This document shows positions 20,077 to 28,485 of a stretch of DNA of 64,000 bases, in pieces. The first letter of the stretch is position 1. Each line of letters begins with the position of its first letter. A program made the translations under genes and the position numbers. Under the pieces are notes generated by a model. That model did not search any database. It was not told where the DNA came from and saw only the letters and a program-made list of their open reading frames with translations. This DNA comes from an uncultured Erysipelotrichia bacterium (GTDB lineage Bacteria; Bacillota_I; Bacilli_A; JBKEDG01), in assembly GCA_964593055.1 (NCBI GenBank), contig CAZQIG010000004.1, positions 52,512-116,511 of the forward strand, read 5' to 3'.

Positions 20077-20460
20077 ATGACAGTAAAAACAGTTGGGCGT
20101 AGAAAACGTTCTTCAGCAAGAGTAACATTAAGCAGTGGTGAAGGAAAAATTACGGTAAACGGTACAGACATAAATGAATACCTTCCGTATGCAACACTAG
20201 TGATGGATGTAATGCAACCACTTACATTGACGGAAACAGAAAATAAATTTGATATTTTAGTTAATGTACGAGGTGGAGGATTTACTGGTCAAGCTGGTGC
20301 AATTAGATTAGGAATTGCAAGAGCTTTATTAGAAGTTGATGCAGAATATCGTGCAATTTTAAAAGCTTCAGGAATGTTAACAAGAGATGCTCGTGTTAAA
20401 GAACGTAAAAAATACGGTCTTAAAAAAGCGCGTAAAGCTACTCAATTCTCAAAGCGTTAA
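20077..20460 (+). CDS. rpsI: 30S ribosomal protein S9
   Basis: [36 protein letters not shown]; ATG 20077 after GGAGG. Confidence 0.98.
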   Translation: MTVKTVGRRKRSSARVTLSSGEGKITVNGTDINEYLPYATLVMDVMQPLTLTETENKFDILVNVRGGGFTGQAGAIRLGIARALLEVDAEYRAILKASGMLTRDARVKERKKYGLKKARKATQFSKR

Positions 20461-20474
20461 TCGTTTATATTGTA

Positions 20475-20513
20475 AAAAAGGAACTGTTTATAAGTATAAC
20501 AGTTTCTTTTTTT
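20475..20513 (+). terminator. Intrinsic terminator after rpsI
   Basis: AAAAAGGAACTGTT / AACAGTTTCTTTTT stem plus T run. Confidence 0.75.
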
Positions 20514-20585
20514 GTAAATATATTAAATTTAAGCTTTACGATTTTTAAATAATGTGTTATATTAAAAATTATAGGGAGGAAGATT

Positions 20586-22142
20586 ATGGAGAAGATTAAA
20601 AAGAAACGCAATCCGATAGGGATATTTTTGGATGTAATTGAAAAGGTAGGGAATGCACTTCCACATCCAGCAACATTATTTGTAATTTTTGCTTTGATTG
20701 TTATAGCAATTTCAGCGATAGGAGCAGCTTTAGATTGGAGTGTTACATATACGGAAATTAATCGTACGACACTAGAAAAAAGTGAAGTTGTCAAAGCGGT
20801 TGTTTCATTAGCTAATGGTGAAGGGATACGTTACATTTTTACTAGTGCTGTAACTAACTTCACAAGTTTTGCACCTCTAGGAACAGTATTAGTAGCACTT
20901 TTAGGTGTTGGAGTTGCTGAAGGTAGTGGGTTAATTTCAACATCATTAAAAAAAGTTGTATTAATTACGCCAAAATGGTTAATTACTTGTGTTCTAGTTT
21001 TTGCTGGGGTAATGTCAAATGTAGCTAGTGATGCTGGTTATGTAGTACTAGTACCACTAGGTGCTATTGTCTTTTTGAGTTTTAAAAGGCATCCTTTAGC
21101 AGGAATGGCTGCAACTTTTGCAGGTGTTTCAGGAGGATTTAGTGCCAATCTTTTAATTGGTTCAATCGATCCACTACTAGGAGGAATTTCAACAGAAGCA
21201 GCACAAATTCTAGATAGTTCGTATGTAGTAACACCTTTTGCCAATTACTTTTTTATGATAGCTTCAACGTTTTTAATAACTTTAATAGGTTGGTTTGTAA
21301 CAGAAAAAATCGTTGAGCCACGTTTAGGAGAATATGTACCACCTAAGGGATTAGAAGTTGATGAAGTTACTGACATTACTAAGGATGAAAGAAGAGGTTT
21401 GATTTTTTCAGCTCTTGCTACAGTTGCATTCATAGTTGTGATGTGTTTATTAATAATACCAGAAAATGCTATTTTAAGAAATCAAGAAACAGGTTCTATT
21501 ATTGATTCTTCACCATTTGTTGGTGGAATTGTCTTTATCATTGCATTATTTTTCTTTGTTGCTGGACTAGGTTATGGACTTGGTGCAAAAACTTTTAAAA
21601 ATGATACTGATGTAATTAATAGTATGGCAAAATCAATGTCAACAATGGGTGGATATTTAGTATTAGCATTCTTTGCTGCTCAATTTATTAATTATTTTAC
21701 TTATACTAATTTAGGAACTGTTCTTGCAGTTAAAGGAGCAGACTTTTTACAGTACGTGGGCTTAGATGGGTTACCGCTAATAATTGGATTTATTGTTGTA
21801 GCCGCTTTTGTTAACTTATTCATTGGTTCAGCAAGTGCAAAGTGGGCAATCTTGGCACCAGTATTTATACCGATGTTTATGCGTTTAGGTATTTCACCTG
21901 AAATGACACAATTAGCATACAGAATAGGTGACTCTACAACTAATATCATTTCACCATTGATGTCATATTTTGCAGTTATTATTGCTTTTGCTTATAAATA
22001 TGATAAGAATGCGGGAATTGGTACAATCATTTCAATGATGATGCCATATTCAATGTTCTTCTTAGTAGCATGGACTATCTTATTGACTGTATGGTATTTA
22101 TTAGGATTACCAATTGGACCAAATATACCGATGACTTATTAA
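20586..22142 (+). CDS. abgT: AbgT-family transporter (p-aminobenzoyl-glutamate/antimetabolite)
   Basis: EKVGNALPHP, FAGVSGGFSAN, GSASAKWA, AYRIGDSTTNIISP. Confidence 0.92.
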   Translation: MEKIKKKRNPIGIFLDVIEKVGNALPHPATLFVIFALIVIAISAIGAALDWSVTYTEINRTTLEKSEVVKAVVSLANGEGIRYIFTSAVTNFTSFAPLGTVLVALLGVGVAEGSGLISTSLKKVVLITPKWLITCVLVFAGVMSNVASDAGYVVLVPLGAIVFLSFKRHPLAGMAATFAGVSGGFSANLLIGSIDPLLGGISTEAAQILDSSYVVTPFANYFFMIASTFLITLIGWFVTEKIVEPRLGEYVPPKGLEVDEVTDITKDERRGLIFSALATVAFIVVMCLLIIPENAILRNQETGSIIDSSPFVGGIVFIIALFFFVAGLGYGLGAKTFKNDTDVINSMAKSMSTMGGYLVLAFFAAQFINYFTYTNLGTVLAVKGADFLQYVGLDGLPLIIGFIVVAAFVNLFIGSASAKWAILAPVFIPMFMRLGISPEMTQLAYRIGDSTTNIISPLMSYFAVIIAFAYKYDKNAGIGTIISMMMPYSMFFLVAWTILLTVWYLLGLPIGPNIPMTY

Positions 22143-22146
22143 TTTT

Positions 22147-22171
22147 AAAACACGGGAAACCGTGTTTTTTT
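22147..22171 (+). terminator. Intrinsic terminator after abgT
   Basis: AAAACACGG-GAAA-CCGTGTTTT perfect stem with GAAA tetraloop and T tail. Confidence 0.9.
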
Positions 22172-22338
22172 ATGATTATCATTCATTAAGAACGTTAAAG
22201 AATAATAACTATTTTTAAATTTTTCTGTTTTTTTTAATCTGTAAGATATTAAAAATATATAATAGGCTCATTAGCATCTAAATTTGATGCATTAGATGAT
22301 GCTCATTATTAGTGTAGATGTGAAATGGGGGGTTAATA

Positions 22339-24363
22339 ATGGATGATTCTAAAAAAATGAAAAATGAAATTGAAATGATTATGTCTAATCTTATTGATGA
22401 TGATCCAGAGCAGATCAAGAAAAATTTATCACGAGTTGATGGCTATATAAATGATATTTATGAAACAATGAGTATTAGTGTTGAAAATAATATTTATACA
22501 ATGCTTGTTGAACATTTATTGAAAAATAATTATCATAATCGTAATTATGCAAAATTTTTAGCAGAAAAAGTTTTAATACAGCGTAATTCACCAAAATTTA
22601 TGATTAGATTGTTAGAGTTTTTTCTAAAATCAGATCTTGAGCTTTTAAAGCTATTATGTGATCAAATTGAAGCTGATAGTACTATGCAAATGAATTTTAA
22701 GAATAAATTGTGCTATTATTACAGTTATTATTATACATTTAGTAGTGAACATAAAGATTTGGATTTAGCAGTTATGTGGGCAAGAAGAGGATTATTGCTC
22801 GATGATGAAAATCATAAAATTTACTTACTTTTAAAAGAAATATATTTTAAGCAAGGTGATTTTTTAAATGCTAAAACAATCTTACGTAAAGGTAAGGAAG
22901 CTATTTCTTTTTTTGCAAAAGATTTATACATGCTTGAGTATGTATATTTATGCTTTTATACGCGCGACTACGGAGAGATACTCACCTATACTAATGATGG
23001 TGCTGCATTCTTCCAAATAGAAGACGTTAATAATCGTGAAATAGTAAAAAAAGCTTCACGAGCATATACTGTATATTTAAAGAGTAAATTTCTACTTTTA
23101 GAACATAATAATGATAAATTATTAGAGTTTTTGAACTTATTGCACGGTCGTGTAAATGCACAAAATCGTATTGAAGATAGCTCGATGTTATCTAAAAAGT
23201 TGAAGAATACAGCCATGTATGAATTAGGTGGTATGTATGAACATCTAGTTTATAAAAAACGTAACTTAAGTGGTCTGGACTTACGTACGAAGTTGAATGA
23301 GAATATCAAACAATGTAAGGAATCGACTTTAGATACTAATTCAAAAATTAATGCCTTGATTAGAATCTTAAATATCAAAATTTATTTTAGTAGTGAAATA
23401 AATTTAGAAGAAATTGTTGCTCATTTACGTGAGATTGATCTTTTAAAAGAAAAATTAGATCATTATGATAATTTGATTGATTGTGATTTGATAGATTTAT
23501 ATGAATGTGTAAAAAATATTTCTTATTATAAAAGAATAATTGCTGATTACTTACACTACTATAAATTTACATTTAAAAAGAAGGAAGAATTATCAATTAA
23601 ACGTTCACAATTAAAAGAGTATGCTCACTATACATCACTTACTTCTTTAAAAGAAATGTTAGCTGAAAATACGAAAATGCATTTAACAAATGTTATTTCT
23701 GCTAATGATCCTAAAGAAGGTAAAATCTTTACTGAAGCAATTCGTGAACAAGTGGTAGAACTTGGATTAGATAATAATAGTATTGTTCCATGCTATTCTT
23801 TTTGTTTGGCTCAAGGAAGTGATAGTTTAAATCTATTCCGTTTTTACGGAGATGATTTACGTGGAGCAAGCATTAATTTTAAAACGCAAGTTTTTGATTA
23901 CTTTAATGAATCGATTAGTCAATCTTTGTCTAGTTATCGCCTTTATTTATTTAGAGTAATTTATGAAGGTAGTGAGGAGTTTAAAGAACTTGTTGCTATA
24001 ATTAATGAGTTGTTAAATGAGACTAATAAATTATTACGATCACTACCTGAATCAGAAATGATCAATGCTTTGTATAGTCCATTTATTATGGAAAAAATTA
24101 ATTTCTTCCAGTATTTAGTTAAGGGTAGTTACTGGCAAGATGAAAAAGAAATTAGAGTTGTATTAACACAGCATAATGTACATAGTAAGAATTTAAAAGT
24201 TGAAGAAGATGGATTTAAACTTTATCTTGAAACAGATCATATGCTTGAAATTGATCAAGTAACATTAGGGCCGAGTTTAGAAAATGCAGATCAAGTTAAA
24301 AGTTATTTACATTACAAAGGTTTGCGAAATATTACAACTTCTTCTCATAAGTATCGCATTTAA
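22339..24363 (+). CDS. Helical/TPR-like N-terminus fused to a C-terminal DUF2971-like domain
   Basis: TPR-like repeat (DLAVMWARRGLLLDDENHKIYLLLKEIYFKQGDFLNAKTILRKG); from aa ~430 HYTS, NDPKEG, DSLNLFRFYG, KxxxWxxEKEIR, VTLGP motifs typical of DUF2971. Confidence 0.75.
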   Translation: MDDSKKMKNEIEMIMSNLIDDDPEQIKKNLSRVDGYINDIYETMSISVENNIYTMLVEHLLKNNYHNRNYAKFLAEKVLIQRNSPKFMIRLLEFFLKSDLELLKLLCDQIEADSTMQMNFKNKLCYYYSYYYTFSSEHKDLDLAVMWARRGLLLDDENHKIYLLLKEIYFKQGDFLNAKTILRKGKEAISFFAKDLYMLEYVYLCFYTRDYGEILTYTNDGAAFFQIEDVNNREIVKKASRAYTVYLKSKFLLLEHNNDKLLEFLNLLHGRVNAQNRIEDSSMLSKKLKNTAMYELGGMYEHLVYKKRNLSGLDLRTKLNENIKQCKESTLDTNSKINALIRILNIKIYFSSEINLEEIVAHLREIDLLKEKLDHYDNLIDCDLIDLYECVKNISYYKRIIADYLHYYKFTFKKKEELSIKRSQLKEYAHYTSLTSLKEMLAENTKMHLTNVISANDPKEGKIFTEAIREQVVELGLDNNSIVPCYSFCLAQGSDSLNLFRFYGDDLRGASINFKTQVFDYFNESISQSLSSYRLYLFRVIYEGSEEFKELVAIINELLNETNKLLRSLPESEMINALYSPFIMEKINFFQYLVKGSYWQDEKEIRVVLTQHNVHSKNLKVEEDGFKLYLETDHMLEIDQVTLGPSLENADQVKSYLHYKGLRNITTSSHKYRI

Positions 24364-24408
24364 TAGACATTTTTCAAAAGTATTATTTGAGGAAAAGAGC
24401 TTTAGTTT

Positions 24409-24417
24409 TGTTATAAT
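24409..24417 (+). promoter_or_regulatory. Extended -10 promoter for the glycosylase-like gene
   Basis: TGTTATAAT, then AAGGTGA RBS and ATG 24435. Confidence 0.55.
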
Positions 24418-24434
24418 GTAACTAAGGTGATAAT

Positions 24435-24875
24435 ATGCGATTATGGTCGATTGATTTTAGATATTTAGATAGTAAAGGGTTAGTTGCTTTGTGGCGTGAA
24501 AGTCTTTTAGCTAAAAATGTTTTAGAAAATAAGACAAAAGGTTATAAAAATCATCCGCAGTTAATTAGATTTAATGATTCAGCAGATGAGTTAATAGCTA
24601 TTAATACGTATTTGTATTATATTTATCTTGAAGCGTGTACAAGAAATTACCACTTTAAAAAAACTAAAATTGATTTTTCAAAAGTAGATTTAACATTAAA
24701 ACTTATTGTTAGTAGAGGTCAATTAGACTATGAGTTTGAGCATTTGCTAGCTAAACTAGCAAAACGCGATGAAGATAAGTTTTTATTGTATAAAAATGAA
24801 CATGATATTTTAGCTTCACCGATTTTTGAAATTGTAGAGGGTAAAGTTGCATCTTGGGAAAAAGCGAAAAAATAG
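24435..24875 (+). CDS. Pyrimidine dimer DNA glycosylase / T4 endonuclease V-like protein
   Basis: MRLWSI..YLDSKGLVALWRESLLA..VL...TKGYKNHPQLIRF, GQLDYEFEHL, ASWEK: typical bacterial Pyr_excise-family signature. Confidence 0.85.
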   Translation: MRLWSIDFRYLDSKGLVALWRESLLAKNVLENKTKGYKNHPQLIRFNDSADELIAINTYLYYIYLEACTRNYHFKKTKIDFSKVDLTLKLIVSRGQLDYEFEHLLAKLAKRDEDKFLLYKNEHDILASPIFEIVEGKVASWEKAKK

Positions 24876-24948
24876 TAAATCGTTTTTTTTCTTTGCAAAA
24901 AAATGTTAATATTTTAATAATAAGATAACTTATAAATGGGGGTGCAAA

Positions 24949-27900
24949 ATGAGTTATGCAATAAAAACTATTAATCGTAATGCTGTTGTAAAAAATCATC
25001 AAAGTAAAGTGAAAATTTATGATGGTGAAAAAAAAGATATTACAAAAAATGTAATTGATGAGTTGGTAAAAAGAACAGAAAATAATAAGTCAAAGAATAG
25101 TGATAAAAAATACAGTCGTTTTGAAAAAAATGCTCCAAAAGATAATTTTGTTTATAAAGTAAAGAATATGGAAGCTAAATTAAAAAATACTGATTATTAT
25201 ATTCAAGGTGAATACCCACTAGATGAGGAATCTAAAGTTAAAAAGCTTAAGCAAGAACTTATAGATAAAAGGTTTGAAAAAATAGAAATTGTTAAGCAAA
25301 AGAGAACATATTTAATAAAACGAGAATATCTTTTTCAAGAAAGAGAAATTCAATTACAACGCTGTGAAATGCAAAAAAAATTCAATCATATTATTTATGA
25401 ATTTTTATGTAAAACTATGCCAAATCCTAAAATTGCAGAGCATCTTAACAAAATAGATGATAAGTTAGTAAATGAAGTATTTCAAAAATTAAATAAACTT
25501 GATTGTAGTGTTTTCCAAAATTATGAATTTGATAATGAAACATTACATCAACGATTAACGAGAGGAATTCGCAAACGAGATAAAAAGTGTTTTAATAATC
25601 TAAATGACTTCTTTTTTGAACTATGTAAAGGTAACATTAATGAGAGCGATCTTGCTGTTCAACTTTTAAAAGTTCATAATAGTTTTATGCTTGAAAGTTC
25701 AAAAAGTTATCAAGCTAGAGTCAATAAATATAGAAGTCGAGATAATTCTTCTAAGCAAAAAGTATTGACAAAGCGTTTGACATATACTGATTACTTTAAT
25801 TACTATGTTAATAATGATATAAAAAAACTTAAGTATAATGCACTAGAATATTTGGCTGAAATGCTTAAAGAAGGAACGCATACTGAAATAATAGAAAAAG
25901 GGTTAAGTAATTATCATCTAGAAGATCTTTGCAAAGATGTTGAAAACAATTTTTTAAATAATATGAATAGTAAACTTGATTTGGATTCATTGATTATTTT
26001 AATTAAAAATCACTACACAACTAGAGTACATACTGATAAAGATTTAAAAGATGTTGACAAATACATTCTTTCTACTACACATCGTTATGTTAAGGGTAGA
26101 TTTAATAAATTAAAAAAACTAAGTAAAGAGTTAGAAGAAGATAAATTTAAAAGAGAGTTAATTAATGCTTTTGAAGCAAAAAAATTAAAAGAAAAAATCA
26201 TAAGTAAAATTCAAAATACAGTTCATAATTTTATTTTTCTCAATGGTCGCTATACAATGATTTTTGAAGATACTAATTATGATAGTGACAATTTAATTAA
26301 ACAAAATAAAATCGAAGCTTTTTTTAAATCTGTAAATAATATTACAACATTTGTTCAGATAACTTCTACTAACCGTATGGGTATGATAAATGAAAAAATG
26401 GCAAAAGACTATATAGGTGTTTCTAGTAACTATAATTCATTGGAAAATTATTTAAATAATGACAATTTTCATCAATGGTTTGATTTGATCAGTTATCAAA
26501 GTTTTGATAAAAGTATTAGTGAAAAAGTAAAGGAGTTAGTTGCTTCTTTTGAAATTATTAAAAAAGTACGACATCGTGTTGCGCATTATAATTATGATAT
26601 TAAAGAGCTATTTAAAGTAACTGATGAAGTAACTGATGAGATAAGTGAACTAAGTCTAGAATATCAAGTAAGTTTTTTAGAAAAAATCTTAAGTAATAAT
26701 CTTCTTAAATATTATGGTTTAGAAGAAATCAAACCTTATTTAAAACAAGGATATATTTTACAAAAACATTCTCATTATTTACCGCGAGGATACAAAATAT
26801 ATCATGAATTATTACATAGTTTAAATAGTATTAGCGATGAACATAAACAAGCACAAAATTATTTATTACATAATATTTATTATCATGATTTTTCAAACTA
26901 CTTTGAAGAATCGTTTGAATATTTAGTTAAAAAGTATAATAATAGTTATAAGTCTAATTTGATTAGTTCAACAACTGTAAGAGATGCCTATGAAAATATT
27001 CAGCGTCTAATTGATAAAGGTTTGATTAAACATTCTACATGGAACCATTTTGTGAAAAATTCTTTTGAAATATATTACGGTGAGAAAAAATTAGAAGAGC
27101 TTTTGTCTATGGATGTTCCTGTGCCTAGAAAAGATATTTCAGTTAAAAAGGATTTAAAAACTCTGTATAGTGAAGTAAAAGATTTGCAAGCATATGTATT
27201 TAATGATATTAAAAATGTTATCTTTATTACACGTGCGGCTAGATTTTTACGTAAGAAAGAGCTTTCAAAATTCAAACATCAAATTTCGAAAGTAAAATCA
27301 GTAATAACAGATGAGATAGAAAAAAATATTTTAGAGGATAATGAACTTATGATTGATTTATTACTTAGAAGCAATAAATTTGATTTGAAACATAAATATT
27401 TACTTACTAAACTAGATGAAGATAATTTGATTGCTATATTGTATAAAGATTATTCTTCTTTTGAAAATGAAAATGATTATATTGAAGTTGAAGAGTTTGA
27501 AAAACAATTAAAGAAAGAAATTATTACATATGTAGATATATTTTCTGATAAAACTTTGGAAATAAATGAAAAAAATTGTCAAGGTCAAGAAGTAAAAAAA
27601 CTATTGTATATGGATGGAAAAAATCAGGCAATTGTTAATAAGCATTTATTGGAAAGTTATCAAATTGGTTTAATTAGTATTGGAGCTAATTGTTTGAAGA
27701 ATGTTATTAAAAATTCTGGGAATGAATTTGAAGAGTATTTTGATAGATATCAAAAATTACGTAGAGAAAAGTTAGAAAATGAAGAGGATTTTTGTAAGCA
27801 ACACCAAGAATTTTTTAGGGAATATCGTGAATTTAGAAAAAATAAGAATAATAAAAATAAAAGCTATAAATTAACTAAAGAAGTAGAAGATTCATGGAAC

Positions 27901-28440
27901 AAATATAATGAATATGTATTTTTGGATAATTATTTTAAAGGACAATATTTAACACAGTATAGTGATTTTATTATTGAAGTATGGGCCCGTTATACTGCAA
28001 GATATTATATGTTAGAAAAAAGCTATTTGTTTACTTCTATATTTACTAATGGTAAAATAAAGGAAAAAAATCAAAACGATATTTTCAAGTTACCTTCTTC
28101 TATTGCTTGTAACATGAAATTCAACTATAAGAGTGATAAAATTAACAAATCTTCTAGAAAAAACTTTGCACATGCTAATATCTTCCAAGAAAATTATAGT
28201 GGTAATGAAAAATCTTTGAAAGACATTATTCATAAATCTAAAGATGATTTTAATTTTTCAAAAGCTTTGGAAAAAAATCATAAGTTTTCAAAAAAAGCCA
28301 TTTTAGATAACTTTGGACTAGATATAGATTTCAATTTAAAAAAACACAATGAGTTTTCACGATTATCATTTAGGCATGAAAAACATGTCGAATTAATTAA
28401 GGCTATTTATAATCACGATTTATTAATCACCAATAATTAA
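24949..28440 (+). CDS. cas13a: Type VI-A CRISPR effector Cas13a-like RNA-guided RNase (divergent), 1163 aa
   Basis: HEPN motifs RHRVAH (aa 541-546, nt 26569-26586) and RKNFAH (aa 1070-1075, nt 28156-28173); Cas13a-like blocks LSNNLLKYY, YLPRGYKIY, AQNYLLHNIYYHDFSNYF, LYMDGKN; adjacent array with Cas13a-type repeat. Confidence 0.88.
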   Translation: MSYAIKTINRNAVVKNHQSKVKIYDGEKKDITKNVIDELVKRTENNKSKNSDKKYSRFEKNAPKDNFVYKVKNMEAKLKNTDYYIQGEYPLDEESKVKKLKQELIDKRFEKIEIVKQKRTYLIKREYLFQEREIQLQRCEMQKKFNHIIYEFLCKTMPNPKIAEHLNKIDDKLVNEVFQKLNKLDCSVFQNYEFDNETLHQRLTRGIRKRDKKCFNNLNDFFFELCKGNINESDLAVQLLKVHNSFMLESSKSYQARVNKYRSRDNSSKQKVLTKRLTYTDYFNYYVNNDIKKLKYNALEYLAEMLKEGTHTEIIEKGLSNYHLEDLCKDVENNFLNNMNSKLDLDSLIILIKNHYTTRVHTDKDLKDVDKYILSTTHRYVKGRFNKLKKLSKELEEDKFKRELINAFEAKKLKEKIISKIQNTVHNFIFLNGRYTMIFEDTNYDSDNLIKQNKIEAFFKSVNNITTFVQITSTNRMGMINEKMAKDYIGVSSNYNSLENYLNNDNFHQWFDLISYQSFDKSISEKVKELVASFEIIKKVRHRVAHYNYDIKELFKVTDEVTDEISELSLEYQVSFLEKILSNNLLKYYGLEEIKPYLKQGYILQKHSHYLPRGYKIYHELLHSLNSISDEHKQAQNYLLHNIYYHDFSNYFEESFEYLVKKYNNSYKSNLISSTTVRDAYENIQRLIDKGLIKHSTWNHFVKNSFEIYYGEKKLEELLSMDVPVPRKDISVKKDLKTLYSEVKDLQAYVFNDIKNVIFITRAARFLRKKELSKFKHQISKVKSVITDEIEKNILEDNELMIDLLLRSNKFDLKHKYLLTKLDEDNLIAILYKDYSSFENENDYIEVEEFEKQLKKEIITYVDIFSDKTLEINEKNCQGQEVKKLLYMDGKNQAIVNKHLLESYQIGLISIGANCLKNVIKNSGNEFEEYFDRYQKLRREKLENEEDFCKQHQEFFREYREFRKNKNNKNKSYKLTKEVEDSWNKYNEYVFLDNYFKGQYLTQYSDFIIEVWARYTARYYMLEKSYLFTSIFTNGKIKEKNQNDIFKLPSSIACNMKFNYKSDKINKSSRKNFAHANIFQENYSGNEKSLKDIIHKSKDDFNFSKALEKNHKFSKKAILDNFGLDIDFNLKKHNEFSRLSFRHEKHVELIKAIYNHDLLITNN

Positions 28441-28485
28441 AATATTATTTAATAATACTTTTACGAAAAGAAGCCATTGCCAGGG

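Noticed and set aside
28360-28377. Third RxxxxH (RLSFRH, aa 1138-1143) in the Cas13 C-terminus
   Set aside because: Lacks the polar second residue and the xAH-hydrophobic-N context; RKNFAH fits the Cas13a HEPN2 position better
24949-28440. Alternative assignment as Cas13c/b/d, Cas9 or Cas12
   Set aside because: HEPN1 is mid-protein rather than near the N-terminus, post-HEPN1 blocks and the repeat are Cas13a-like, and I see no RuvC/HNH motifs or anti-repeat (tracrRNA)
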